Source of the DNA: Chloroflexota bacterium
GTDB lineage: Bacteria > Chloroflexota > UBA11872 > VXOZ01
Reading direction: 5' to 3'
DNA: 32,000 bases
Assembly (NCBI GenBank): GCA_965221905.1
Contig: OZ244922.1
Span: forward strand, 2,552,119 to 2,584,118
Shown: positions 1-9,545 of the stretch, piece by piece
Numbering within the stretch: the first letter of the stretch is position 1
Layout: each line of letters opens with the position of its first letter
Program-made: the position numbers and the translations under genes
Notes under the pieces: model-generated
Seen by the model: the letters and a program-made list of their open reading frames with translations, nothing else
Told to the model about the DNA's origin: nothing
Databases searched by the model: none

Positions 1-1761
1 CTTTGGGAAGCAAAGCGCTTGGGGTTCGACGATTCCCAGATCGGCACCTTGGCCGACGTGCTCCCCACCCGCGTACGCGAAATGCGCAAGCAGTGGGGCA
101 TCGTGCCGGTATACAAGATGGTGGACACCTGCGCCGCCGAATTCGAAGCACAGACGCCGTATTTCTACAGCACGTACGAACTCGAGAATGATGCGCCTTC
201 CTTGACCGCGGAACGAGCTGCCGTGGTTGGGTCCGGGCCGATCCGCATCGGCCAGGGCATCGAGTTCGACTATTGCTCCGTGCATGCGGCGTGGGCACTC
301 GCTAGTGCAGGTGTGCAAAGCATTATGATTAATAGCAATCCGGAGACTGTGTCCACGGACTTCGACACCTCCGATAGACTCTACTTTGAGCCGCTCGATA
401 TCGAAAGTGTCCTGAACGTTCTCGATAACGAGGGCGTACCGCCCACCATCGTGCAGTTTGGCGGTCAGACCGCCATCAACCTTGCCGAACCACTCACCCT
501 AGAAAACGTCTCACTCGCGGGAAGCGGCGTCTCCGCGATTGATCTCGCCGAAGACCGACGAAAGTTCGAGGCATTCTTGGATCGGCTCGGCATTCCCCAA
601 CCGCCCGGTGCGACCGTGACAAACGTAGATGATGCTCTCTCCATCGCTTCGAATGTCGGCTACCCTGTGCTCGTGCGACCTTCATACGTTCTTGGCGGTC
701 GGGCGATGGAAATCGTGAATACACCGGAAGACCTCAAGACGTACGTGGCAACTGCCGTACAGCTCTCTACGCGCCATCCCGTGCTGGTTGACAAGTATCT
801 CCAGGGCAAGGAAGTAGAAGTCGATGCTATATGTGATGGGAAGGAAGTGCTCATTCCCGGCATCATGGAGCACATCGAGCGTGCAGGCGTACACTCCGGC
901 GATAGTTTTGCGGTCTACCCGCCCCGCGACCTGCACGAGCGGATCGAACAGACTATCGTGGACTACACGACGCGCATCTGCCTGGAGTTAGGAGTATTGG
1001 GTCTGGTCAACATCCAATTCGTGATCTTTCAAGATGAAATCTTTGTGCTGGAGGTAAACCCGCGGTCAAGCCGCACGGTGCCGTTCTTAAGTAAAGTGAC
1101 GGCCGTGCCAATGGTGCGCCTCGCAACGTTGACCATGCTTGGAAAGTCGCTCGCTGAAATGGGCTACGCTGGCGGTCTATGGCCGAAGCAACCACTCGTC
1201 GCGGTGAAAGCTCCGGTCTTCAGCATGGCGAAACTGCGCGGTGTGGAAACGTCAGTCGGGCCGGAGATGAAGTCTACCGGCGAGGTTATGGGAGTGGACG
1301 TAACGTTCGAGGCAGCGCTCTATAAGGCTATGGTAGCTTCGGGACTCAGCGTCCCTGCGGGCGGCACGTTCCTGCTCTCCATTGCCGACGCCGACAAGGA
1401 CGCCATCCGTCCTATCGTGCGCCAGCTTGCTGCCGCGGGGTTCAAGTTCATGGCTACCGAGGGCACTGCCGCCATGTTGGAGTCTATGGGCGTTCCTGTG
1501 CGCATGATCAGCAAGCGCCTGCAAGGCACCCTCAACGTGGTTTCCGTGATCCAAGACGGCGATGTGCAAGCCGTCATCAACTCCCTCACCGGCGGCCGAT
1601 CCGTCCTGCAAGACGGTTTCTACATCCGCCGCGCGGCAGTTGAGCGCCAGATTCCCTGTCTTACATCCCTTGATACTTCCCGCGCCCTGGCCACCGCGCT
1701 TTCGTTGCAACAGGATGCGTATCAAGTGCGGCCCTTGTGGGCGTACCGCGATCAGCGCTGA
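1..1761 (+). CDS. carB: carbamoyl-phosphate synthase large subunit, C-terminal ~586 aa (5' end outside window)
   Basis: Frame 1 is open from nt 1 (LWEAKRLGFDDSQIG...), with stop TGA at 1759-1761. The translation carries the second ATP-grasp half (VVGSGPIRIGQGIEFDYC, GYPVLVRPSYVLGGRAM, LEVNPRSSRTVPFLSK) and a C-terminal MGS-like domain, as in CarB/PyrAB. Confidence 0.93.
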   Translation, partial: LWEAKRLGFDDSQIGTLADVLPTRVREMRKQWGIVPVYKMVDTCAAEFEAQTPYFYSTYELENDAPSLTAERAAVVGSGPIRIGQGIEFDYCSVHAAWALASAGVQSIMINSNPETVSTDFDTSDRLYFEPLDIESVLNVLDNEGVPPTIVQFGGQTAINLAEPLTLENVSLAGSGVSAIDLAEDRRKFEAFLDRLGIPQPPGATVTNVDDALSIASNVGYPVLVRPSYVLGGRAMEIVNTPEDLKTYVATAVQLSTRHPVLVDKYLQGKEVEVDAICDGKEVLIPGIMEHIERAGVHSGDSFAVYPPRDLHERIEQTIVDYTTRICLELGVLGLVNIQFVIFQDEIFVLEVNPRSSRTVPFLSKVTAVPMVRLATLTMLGKSLAEMGYAGGLWPKQPLVAVKAPVFSMAKLRGVETSVGPEMKSTGEVMGVDVTFEAALYKAMVASGLSVPAGGTFLLSIADADKDAIRPIVRQLAAAGFKFMATEGTAAMLESMGVPVRMISKRLQGTLNVVSVIQDGDVQAVINSLTGGRSVLQDGFYIRRAAVERQIPCLTSLDTSRALATALSLQQDAYQVRPLWAYRDQR

Positions 1762-1786
1762 GCGGAGCGTTAGGAATACGATAGCC

Positions 1787-2605
1787 ATGAGCGTCGTCCA
1801 AGAGCAGGCAACGATTATCTCTAACGAGCCCGTGGCTGACGGGCTTTACATTCTCCGGCTGCATTCACCGCAAATTGCGGCCCAGTGCCGGCCCGCGCAA
1901 TTCGTACACATGCGCTGCGGCGATGGCATAGACCCGCTGTTGCTCCGCCCATTTAGCATGTTGACCGCCGACCGCGAAGCGGGGACGCTCGACATCCTCT
2001 ATCAGGTGGTGGGACGGGGCACGGATATCCTAGTGAACCGGCGGGCCGGAGAAGAGATCTTGCAGCTTGGGCCGCTGGGAAAGACCTTCACAACTCCCTC
2101 CAATCCATCCAATCTCCTGATGGTAGGCGGCGGTATCGGCATTGCCCCGCTGGTCTACTTAGCGGAAACGATGATTCCGAAAGGATACACGGTTACGTTG
2201 CTGGCGGGCGCCCGCACGGCCGCACGCCACCTACCTGCCGAACGTGTGCCTCCCGAAGTGGAGTATGTGCTGGCAACCGACGACGGTTCGGCAGGCTATC
2301 ACGGGCCGGTGACTAATCTGATTGCCGAATACTATCTGTGGAGCGACGCCATCTACGTCTGCGGCCCGTGGCCGATGCTCACCGCCATAGACGCTGCCTA
2401 CCAGGCCGGAACCTGGGGCTGGCACAGCAAGAAACCGATTCAGGTCTCCCTGGAGAACCAGATGGGTTGCGCGATGGGTGTCTGCCTCGGCTGCGTTGTT
2501 ACCACGCCGCAAGGCTACCAACGCGTCTGCCGCGACGGACCGGTATTCGCATTGGGAGAACTGCACCAAGAATTCGCTTCCCGCTCCGCACAGAGTGTCT
2601 TGTAG
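1787..2605 (+). CDS. pyrK: dihydroorotate dehydrogenase (type 1B) electron-transfer subunit, FAD / 2Fe-2S
   Basis: ATG at 1787 lies 26 nt after the carB stop (the track ORF from 1562 overlaps carB). It has a ferredoxin-reductase-like layout (RPFSM, MVGGGIGIAPL) and a C-terminal Cys cluster CAMGVCLGC...VCRDGPVF typical of PyrK. Position right after carB matches Gram-positive-type pyr operons. Confidence 0.85.
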   Translation: MSVVQEQATIISNEPVADGLYILRLHSPQIAAQCRPAQFVHMRCGDGIDPLLLRPFSMLTADREAGTLDILYQVVGRGTDILVNRRAGEEILQLGPLGKTFTTPSNPSNLLMVGGGIGIAPLVYLAETMIPKGYTVTLLAGARTAARHLPAERVPPEVEYVLATDDGSAGYHGPVTNLIAEYYLWSDAIYVCGPWPMLTAIDAAYQAGTWGWHSKKPIQVSLENQMGCAMGVCLGCVVTTPQGYQRVCRDGPVFALGELHQEFASRSAQSVL

Positions 2606-2901
2606 GCCGAAAACGTAGCATTTAGGCTTCTTGCCACAGTGTTCGCAGTGCATCACACACTCATATGACACTGCGGCGATCATCTTATGTCAATAATGAA
2701 ACGCCACTACTCCCGGAACCACAAGTGCCATACTCGCTTGTCGCCAACCCAAGAGCTGACTACCTTCAAACAGCCGCCGTGGACGTGCGTAGAGCGATTG
2801 CGCCCCAAATCGGAACTCTCTGCTACAAGCATCGCTAGCGTGGTTCTACCCAAGGCCGGCAAGCTCGCGGGAGCGGCACTGTCGGACCCCGTGGCAAGAA
2901 A

Positions 2902-4005
2902 CTACGGCGAGAACTTCAAGCAAACCGGTGTCGGCACAGTGGCTACGTGTCCGGTGGGCTCAAGCTCTCCGGTTTCAAGGACTATGCGGAACGTGACGAT
3001 AGTGTCAGTATCCTGATTTGCCGCGAGCAAGAAGGTACCCGTGGGATCGATCACAAAATTGCGCGGCGCCTCGCCCAGCGTAGATTGATGCCCAACCAGA
3101 GTGAGTGTGCCATCTGCTTCGTCAATGCCATAGATGACAATGCTGTCGTGCCCGCGATTCGAGCCGTACACGAACTTTCCTGAGGGGTGAACGTGTATGT
3201 CGGCAGTGTGGCTGGTTTCCCCAAAGTCCGGCGGCAACGTAGGAATAGTCTGCAACTCTTCCAAGACGCCCCGACTTAGGTCGTAGGCAAAGACCGTAAC
3301 CGTGTTGCCGATCTCATTGATGACATAGACAACGCGGCCGTTGGGATGGAAGTCAAGATGGCGGGGCCCGGCGCCGGGATGCACGGTAGCAAAGGCCGGG
3401 TCATTTGGCGGCAATTTCCCATGTTCGAGATCAAGCCGGTAGACAAGCACCTGATCGAGACCGAGATCGCACGCCAGCGCGTACTTGTTAGCGGGATCGG
3501 GCGTGAAGGAATGACCGTGCGGCTCTCCTTGACGATCCGGGTTAACGCTGGACCCTTCATGCTGCGCCCAGTCCGTCGGAGGACCCAAGCTCCCGTCTTC
3601 CGCAATCGGCAGCATGGCCACGCTGCCACCCAGATAGTTTGCGGTGATCACATATCGGCCCGTCTGCTCCACGCTCACGTGACAGGGCCCTGGCCCCTGC
3701 GACGGCTGCCGGTTGAGAAATGTAAGTGCGCCCGTAGTCCGGTCCACCGCAAATGCGCTCACTGTCCCGCCGGCACGCCCGTCTATTTCCGGAACCGCAT
3801 TCACCGCATAGAGGAATGGACGCTCCGGGTGCAAGGTGAGGAATGACGGATTCGGCACGTCGGGGACTGTGTGCACCAACTCCACGGCGCCGGTAGTCAT
3901 TTCCATCCGGCAAACGTAGATTCCCTCTGCCCCGCCGCCGTGATCGTCAACGCCGGTAAACGTTCCTACATAGATGAATCTGGTATCCACAGACTGTGCA
4001 TTCAT
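2902..4005 (-). CDS. 7-bladed beta-propeller lactonase family protein (6-phosphogluconolactonase-like)
   Basis: Repeated blade motifs are present (LDFHPNGRVVYVINEIGNTVTVF, HVHPSGKFVYGSNRGHDSIVIY, IDPTGTFLLAANQDTDTIVTF). The track start at 4014 is GTG. The ATG at 4005 is preceded by GAGGTGG with 5-nt spacing, so I prefer it. Confidence 0.8.
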   Translation of the reverse strand: MNAQSVDTRFIYVGTFTGVDDHGGGAEGIYVCRMEMTTGAVELVHTVPDVPNPSFLTLHPERPFLYAVNAVPEIDGRAGGTVSAFAVDRTTGALTFLNRQPSQGPGPCHVSVEQTGRYVITANYLGGSVAMLPIAEDGSLGPPTDWAQHEGSSVNPDRQGEPHGHSFTPDPANKYALACDLGLDQVLVYRLDLEHGKLPPNDPAFATVHPGAGPRHLDFHPNGRVVYVINEIGNTVTVFAYDLSRGVLEELQTIPTLPPDFGETSHTADIHVHPSGKFVYGSNRGHDSIVIYGIDEADGTLTLVGHQSTLGEAPRNFVIDPTGTFLLAANQDTDTIVTFRIVLETGELEPTGHVATVPTPVCLKFSP

Positions 4006-4120
4006 CAAGGCCACCTCGTTCTGTATTCAGTGATTGCTATTACTCTTACCTAATTGTTAGCCTAACGTTTCACACAACGCAGGCGCAAAGGATGCAAGGC
4101 CGTTTAGGCACTCCATTGGA

Positions 4121-5032
4121 CTACGCTCGCAAGATAGCCTGAAGGGCGCCCGCAACAGTGGGGTAGCGGAATTCGAAACCGGCATCCGACAATTGCACAG
4201 GCAGTGCCCGCTGACCGTGCAGAACTATGTCCGCCATTTCGCCCATGGCAAGGCGAAGGGCCCAGGGTGGCACGCGGAATAGCGCAGGTCTCCCTAGCGT
4301 CTGTCCGATCGTGCCGGCAAATGCGGCAAACTGCACCGGATTGGGCGCGCACACGTTCACGGGCCCCGAGACATGGTCATGTGTTATGAGGAATTCGATC
4401 GCCCGTACCGTGTCTTCGATATGTATCCAGGGCACCCACTGCTTACCCGTGCCCAAGGCGCCGCCCGCGAAGAGGCGAAATGGCAGAACCACGCGCGGCA
4501 ACATGCCGCCATCTTTACTCAGGGAGACACCCATGCGTAACAACACGCGCCGGGTTGCGTCATTCTCGACTGGCGCTGAAGCGTGCTCCCACTCTTGAGA
4601 CACGTCGGCGAGAAAATCGGTGCCCGGTCCATGTTGTTCGTCCACCTCCTCGTCGTCGGTATTCCCGTAGTAGCCCACTGCGGACGCCTGCAGGAGCACG
4701 GCCGGCTTCTGCGATGCAGCGTGGATGGCGGCTACGACCCCGTTGGTAGACTGTATCCGGCTATCACGCAGTTTTCGTTTCTGCGCATACGTCCAGCGCC
4801 TACTTGCGATGCTCTCCCCGGCGAGGTTTACTACAGCGTGCGCACCGTCTGCCAATTCCGCCCAACCTTCGCTGCTGCTGCCGTCCCAATATGCAGCGTC
4901 TGCGCCTTCAGGCAGCCCCGCAACCTGGTACGGACGCCGGCTCAAGACCACAACCGCATATCCCTTCGCGCAAAGATGGTGGGTCAGAGCGCGACCGATC
5001 AGTCCGCTACCACCGGCGATGATTACTCGCAT
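4121..5032 (-). CDS. YfcH-type (TIGR01777-like) SDR epimerase family protein with DUF1731-like C-terminus
   Basis: N-terminal Rossmann motif MRVIIAGGSGLIGRAL. Conserved GTGKQWVPWIHIEDTVRAI and a C-terminal ...LSDAGFEFRYP... tail. The ATG at 5032 is preceded by GGAGGGAG (4-nt spacer), so I prefer it to the track start at 5062. Confidence 0.8.
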   Translation of the reverse strand: MRVIIAGGSGLIGRALTHHLCAKGYAVVVLSRRPYQVAGLPEGADAAYWDGSSSEGWAELADGAHAVVNLAGESIASRRWTYAQKRKLRDSRIQSTNGVVAAIHAASQKPAVLLQASAVGYYGNTDDEEVDEQHGPGTDFLADVSQEWEHASAPVENDATRRVLLRMGVSLSKDGGMLPRVVLPFRLFAGGALGTGKQWVPWIHIEDTVRAIEFLITHDHVSGPVNVCAPNPVQFAAFAGTIGQTLGRPALFRVPPWALRLAMGEMADIVLHGQRALPVQLSDAGFEFRYPTVAGALQAILRA

Positions 5033-5108
5033 TTGGCTCCCTCCGCCTTTTGTCTTACCCACGTGCTAGCTATTTTAATCAAGGGCTTTTCTTCCCGCCG
5101 TTAGTGGC

Positions 5109-6089
5109 ATGCAAGCACCTACCTCATTGAGGAGAGTACCCAAATTTGCTATAATACATAAAGTGAAAGACCAGCGCACACTCAGGCCAATTGAAGCCCT
5201 GGCCGAATCCGGTTCCCTACTCAATCGGCGTATCTGGCTCATCTTGCTGCCGATCGGGTTAGACTTGCTCATCTGGTTGGCGCCGCGCGTCATTCTCGGG
5301 GAAGAGCTATTTCCGTTGGCAGAAGGATCAACCTCTGCTTTCGATGAGGGAACAGACACAGAAGACCTTACCATCTTCTCGCTTCTTCGGCAGTCAAACC
5401 TACTCTCGCTCGTTATAGGAGTTTGGGTACCCTCGCTAGGGGTTTCCGCATCGGGCGACGAGACGGGCGCAATTGTAGTCCTAAAGTCGCTCCCGCAGCT
5501 CCTGATGGCATTGGCGTTGCTACTCCCATTGAGCTTCATTGTGGGTAGCACCTACCTGGCGCTGATTGCATCAGAAATGCAGCAGCGCACGTCTACGTGG
5601 GAGGTCCTTGTTCCCCGAGTCTTGCGGTTGGCCATGCGGCTCGGAGGGCTTGTCGGCATAATGCTCGTGGTAACTGTGGTTCCATTCGCCATTGCAAGTT
5701 TGTTCTTATCGATTGTTCCTCTACTCGGATTCTTGTTGTTCTTACTAGCATTGATATTGTTGATGTGGGTTGCGTTCTATGCCTTCTTCATAGTGGATAG
5801 TCTAGCGCTTGTGCGCCAGAGTTTGCCCAAGGTAATCCGGCTAACGCTGGACCTCATTCACAGCAACCCATGGCCTGCTGTCGGTTTCTTCTCCCTTTAC
5901 TGGCTTATAGTAATCGGCACCAGCCTCATATGGAGCGTACTGCTTGACTTGGAGATTCTGAATGTTGGCATTGGAAGAATTATCGCATCTATTGGCAACG
6001 CTTATGTTGGCACATGGGTGACGATTGCTATGTTCATGTACGTTTGGAACCGTTTACTCATTCACCAAGAGGATACCACCGCCGCTTAG
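5109..6089 (+). CDS. hypothetical polytopic membrane protein
   Basis: 326-aa ORF with several long hydrophobic stretches (e.g. LGGLVGIMLVVTVVPFAIASLFLSIVPLLGFLLFLLALILLMWVAFYAFFIV). I recognised no family. The start codon is uncertain. Confidence 0.55.
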   Translation: MQAPTSLRRVPKFAIIHKVKDQRTLRPIEALAESGSLLNRRIWLILLPIGLDLLIWLAPRVILGEELFPLAEGSTSAFDEGTDTEDLTIFSLLRQSNLLSLVIGVWVPSLGVSASGDETGAIVVLKSLPQLLMALALLLPLSFIVGSTYLALIASEMQQRTSTWEVLVPRVLRLAMRLGGLVGIMLVVTVVPFAIASLFLSIVPLLGFLLFLLALILLMWVAFYAFFIVDSLALVRQSLPKVIRLTLDLIHSNPWPAVGFFSLYWLIVIGTSLIWSVLLDLEILNVGIGRIIASIGNAYVGTWVTIAMFMYVWNRLLIHQEDTTAA

Positions 6090-6122
6090 CAGTCTAAACC
6101 GCCTTTTCAAGAAGGGAACTAT

Positions 6123-8090
6123 ATGGCCAAGACAACTATACAAGACGACAGCAACGCTGCAACTATAGTTGCCGAAGCAGAATCGACCGCTGCAGCCTTG
6201 AATGACTATACCGCTGCCGACATCCAGGTTCTCGAGGGTCTGGAGCCTGTGCGAACCCGTCCCGGCATGTTCATCGGCAGTACAGACGTGCGAGGGCTCC
6301 ACCATCTTGTGTTCGAGGTTGTGGATAACAGTGTGGATGAAGCGCTCGCCGGCCTTTGTGACCGCATCGTCGTAACCATTCATGAGGATTGCAGCGTTAC
6401 TATCGAAGACAATGGCCGCGGGATTCCGGTTGACGTGCACGAAAAGACCGGTGTATCTGCCTTGGAGACCGTGCTCACGCGGCTGCACGCCGGCGGCAAG
6501 TTTGGCGGCAAGAGCTACAAAGTCTCCGGCGGCCTCCACGGTGTCGGCGTTTCTATTGTCAATGCACTATCGATAAAACTCGTCGCCACCATTTATCAAG
6601 CGCCTTACGTCTACCAACAAGAGTACCGCAGCGGCGCGCCCCTCGGCAAAGTAGAGCGGATCGGCAAGTCTGATCGAAATGGTACCACTATCCACTTTCT
6701 CCCTGATTCCACGATCATGGAGACGCTTGACTATGAGTTCAATACGCTGGCACAGCGTTTCCGTGAGATCGCCTATCTCTGTCCCGCCCTTCGTATCGAG
6801 TTCCGCGATGAACGGACTGCTCGCGAACTAACGTTCTACTTTGAGAGCGGGATCCGCGCCTTTGTTCATCAAATGAATCGGCGCAAGACGATCATCAATA
6901 ACGAGGGGATATTCTTTGCTGGGGAAGCAGACTCGCTGCAGCTCGAAGCGGCGCTGCAGTACACCCAGAGTTTTGACGAACGCATCTATGCCTTTGCAAA
7001 TACTATCAACAACGTGGACGGCGGCACGCACCTGACCGGGTTCCGCTCAGCTCTGACCCGCACATTGAACGACTACGCCCGCAAGCAGAACCTCATCAAG
7101 GAGAAAGATCTCTCCCTCACCGGCGACGACGTGCGCACCGGACTGACTGCGGTTATCAGTGTGCGGCTCACTAACCCGCAATTTGAGGGGCAGACCAAGG
7201 CCAAACTCGGCAATTCCGAAGTGCGGCGCTTTGTAGAAACGACTGTCAATCAGAAACTCGGCCAATATCTGGAAGAACATCCCAGCGAAGGCAAGTCCAT
7301 CATTGAAAAGTGCCTGAATGCAGCCCGCGGGCGCATAGCAGCGCAGAAGGCCCGGGACATGGTGGCACGCAAAGGCTACCTGGATGTCTCCACACTGCCG
7401 GGCAAACTTGCGGACTGCACGGAACGAAGTATGGAAAACGCCGAAATCTTTGTCGTGGAGGGCGATTCTGCCGGCGGCAACGCTAAGCAGGGGCGTGAAC
7501 GGCGCTTCCAGGCAATCCTCCCGCTGCGAGGCAAGATCCTCAATGCGGAGCGCACCAGCCTTGACCGTATGCTCTCAAATGCCGAGATTCGCGCGCTGGT
7601 GACAGCACTGGGCACGAACATTGGCGAGACCTTCGATATCACCAAACTGCGGTACGGCAAAGTCATCATCATGACGGACGCCGACGTTGACGGCGCCCAT
7701 ATCCGCACGCTTCTTCTCACGTTCTTCTTCCGGTACATGCGCGAGATTATTACGAATCAGCGGCTCTATGTTGCCCAAGCCCCGCTCTATCGCGTGGCCC
7801 GCAATCGTGATGTTCACTACGCCTGGGACGACTCCGAACGCGACAGTATTCTCAAGCAGTTTAATCGAACCAACGTCGCAGTCCAGAGGTACAAGGGCCT
7901 CGGCGAAATGAACGCCGATCAGCTTTGGGAAACGACCATGGATCCGGCGCGCCGCAAGCTCTTGCGGATTGTGCTGGAAGACGAGGCTGCCGTCAGCTTG
8001 GTATTCGACCGGCTCATGGGAGATGATCCGCAGGCGCGCAAGCGCTTTATCCAGGCGCACGCCAAAGAAGTCCAACATCTCGACGTTTAG
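6123..8090 (+). CDS. gyrB: DNA gyrase subunit B
   Basis: 655 aa with GHKL ATPase motifs (GLHHLVFEVVDNSVDEA, DNGRGIPVD) and Toprim motifs (VVEGDSAGG, PLRGKILNAE, IMTDADVDGAHI). The C-terminal tail is typical of GyrB. Confidence 0.97.
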   Translation: MAKTTIQDDSNAATIVAEAESTAAALNDYTAADIQVLEGLEPVRTRPGMFIGSTDVRGLHHLVFEVVDNSVDEALAGLCDRIVVTIHEDCSVTIEDNGRGIPVDVHEKTGVSALETVLTRLHAGGKFGGKSYKVSGGLHGVGVSIVNALSIKLVATIYQAPYVYQQEYRSGAPLGKVERIGKSDRNGTTIHFLPDSTIMETLDYEFNTLAQRFREIAYLCPALRIEFRDERTARELTFYFESGIRAFVHQMNRRKTIINNEGIFFAGEADSLQLEAALQYTQSFDERIYAFANTINNVDGGTHLTGFRSALTRTLNDYARKQNLIKEKDLSLTGDDVRTGLTAVISVRLTNPQFEGQTKAKLGNSEVRRFVETTVNQKLGQYLEEHPSEGKSIIEKCLNAARGRIAAQKARDMVARKGYLDVSTLPGKLADCTERSMENAEIFVVEGDSAGGNAKQGRERRFQAILPLRGKILNAERTSLDRMLSNAEIRALVTALGTNIGETFDITKLRYGKVIIMTDADVDGAHIRTLLLTFFFRYMREIITNQRLYVAQAPLYRVARNRDVHYAWDDSERDSILKQFNRTNVAVQRYKGLGEMNADQLWETTMDPARRKLLRIVLEDEAAVSLVFDRLMGDDPQARKRFIQAHAKEVQHLDV

Positions 8091-8243
8091 ACCTCGTTGT
8101 CATATACTGATGCACAAATGCCGACTGGGAACCGCCAGAAGGGTCGAGATGCAGTGCGTCGCAGCACAGAGAACCCTTCCTAGCCGGCACATGACCGCAA
8201 GGATTCAAAGAAGCATCCTTAAGGCAATGGAGCCGGCGCGGCA

Positions 8244-9545
8244 ATGAGCATCGCTCCCGACAACGCCCAGTTTGTCTTGCTCAGCTTCGAGGGACCGGAC
8301 CGGTACTCACTGGCCGGTGGACTGGGGACGCGCGTCACCGAGCTTGCGCGCGCGCTCGCCCAAGCGGGTTTCACGACCCACTTGATCTTCATTGGCGATC
8401 CGAATCTACCTTCCGTAGAAACCGTCGATAACGGCAATTTGCACCTCTATCGCTGGTGCCAATGGATTAGCCACTCTCATCCGAAAGGCGCTTACGAGGC
8501 AGAGTGGGATAAGATCATAGACTTCGGCAACAGCGTTCCTTGGTTCGTTACCGACCGCATCGTGCGGCCCGCTGCCGACGCCGGCCAGCTCACCGTAATC
8601 ATGGCGGAAGAATGGCATACCACGGACACTCTGGCACGGCTGAGCGATTCCCTGCACTTCAACGGCCTGCGCCAGCAGTGTGTGCTGCTGTGGAACGCAA
8701 ATAACGAATTCGGTTTCGGCCACATCGATCTTCCCCGGCTCGGATTCATCGCCACCGTTACGACAGTGAGCCGATTCATGAAGTATCGCCTCTGGGATTG
8801 GGGACTAAACCCACTCGTGTTGCCGAACGGCATCCCTCGTCGATTGCTTGAAAAAGTGCCACAGAAGCCGGTGACAAAGCTCCGCAATGGCATGGCCGCG
8901 GATTTCTTGCTACTCAAAATGGGACGCTTCGACCCGGATAAGCGATGGTTGCAGGCAATTGAGGCCGCGGCACAACTCAAGCACGCCGGCCATCGCGTAC
9001 GCTTCATAGCGCGGGGCGGTCTGGAGCCGCATGGCGGTGAAGTGCTTCATCGGGCGGTGGAAATGGGCTTAGTGGTCCACGACGTTCATAGCGACAACTC
9101 GAACCTCGATGAGGCTCTGGATACCATGCTCGCTGCCAATGATGCAGACGTCCTGAATCTTTGCCAATTCGTGCCTGAGGACTTGCAGCGGGTTCTCTAC
9201 TCAGCCGCCGACGCGGTACTCGCCAATAGCGGGTATGAGCCGTTCGGCCTCGTAGGCCTCGAAGCCATGGCGTGCGGCGCTGTGGTGGTCACGGGCACTA
9301 CCGGAGAAGATTATGCGATTCAACTGCACAATGCCCTCTCGGTTGAGACCGATGACCCGGCAGAACTGGCCAGCTATTTGCGCTTTATACACGACCAGCC
9401 CGACGTAATTCGGCAGATACAACGCCACGCGGGGCAAACTGCGGCTCTCTTTACCTGGGATTCGACCATTCGAGACCTCCTGGGCAAAGTCGAATACCTG
9501 GCGGAAAAGCAAGGCATTCTCCTGCAGAGCAACGCCGATGGCTGA
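8244..9545 (+). CDS. GT-B fold glycosyltransferase (GT4-like, glucan/sucrose-synthase-like N-terminus)
   Basis: N-terminal FEGPDRYSLAGGLGTRV motif and C-terminal NSGYEPFGLVGLEAMACGAVVV (EX7E-type region). The stop overlaps the next gene's start by 8 nt (ATGGCTGA). Confidence 0.8.
   Translation: MSIAPDNAQFVLLSFEGPDRYSLAGGLGTRVTELARALAQAGFTTHLIFIGDPNLPSVETVDNGNLHLYRWCQWISHSHPKGAYEAEWDKIIDFGNSVPWFVTDRIVRPAADAGQLTVIMAEEWHTTDTLARLSDSLHFNGLRQQCVLLWNANNEFGFGHIDLPRLGFIATVTTVSRFMKYRLWDWGLNPLVLPNGIPRRLLEKVPQKPVTKLRNGMAADFLLLKMGRFDPDKRWLQAIEAAAQLKHAGHRVRFIARGGLEPHGGEVLHRAVEMGLVVHDVHSDNSNLDEALDTMLAANDADVLNLCQFVPEDLQRVLYSAADAVLANSGYEPFGLVGLEAMACGAVVVTGTTGEDYAIQLHNALSVETDDPAELASYLRFIHDQPDVIRQIQRHAGQTAALFTWDSTIRDLLGKVEYLAEKQGILLQSNADG

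Noticed and set aside
2687-3016. 109-aa plus-strand ORF in the pyrK/lactonase spacer
   Set aside because: It overlaps the 3' end of the well-supported lactonase gene by about 115 nt, and it has no RBS or recognisable domain.
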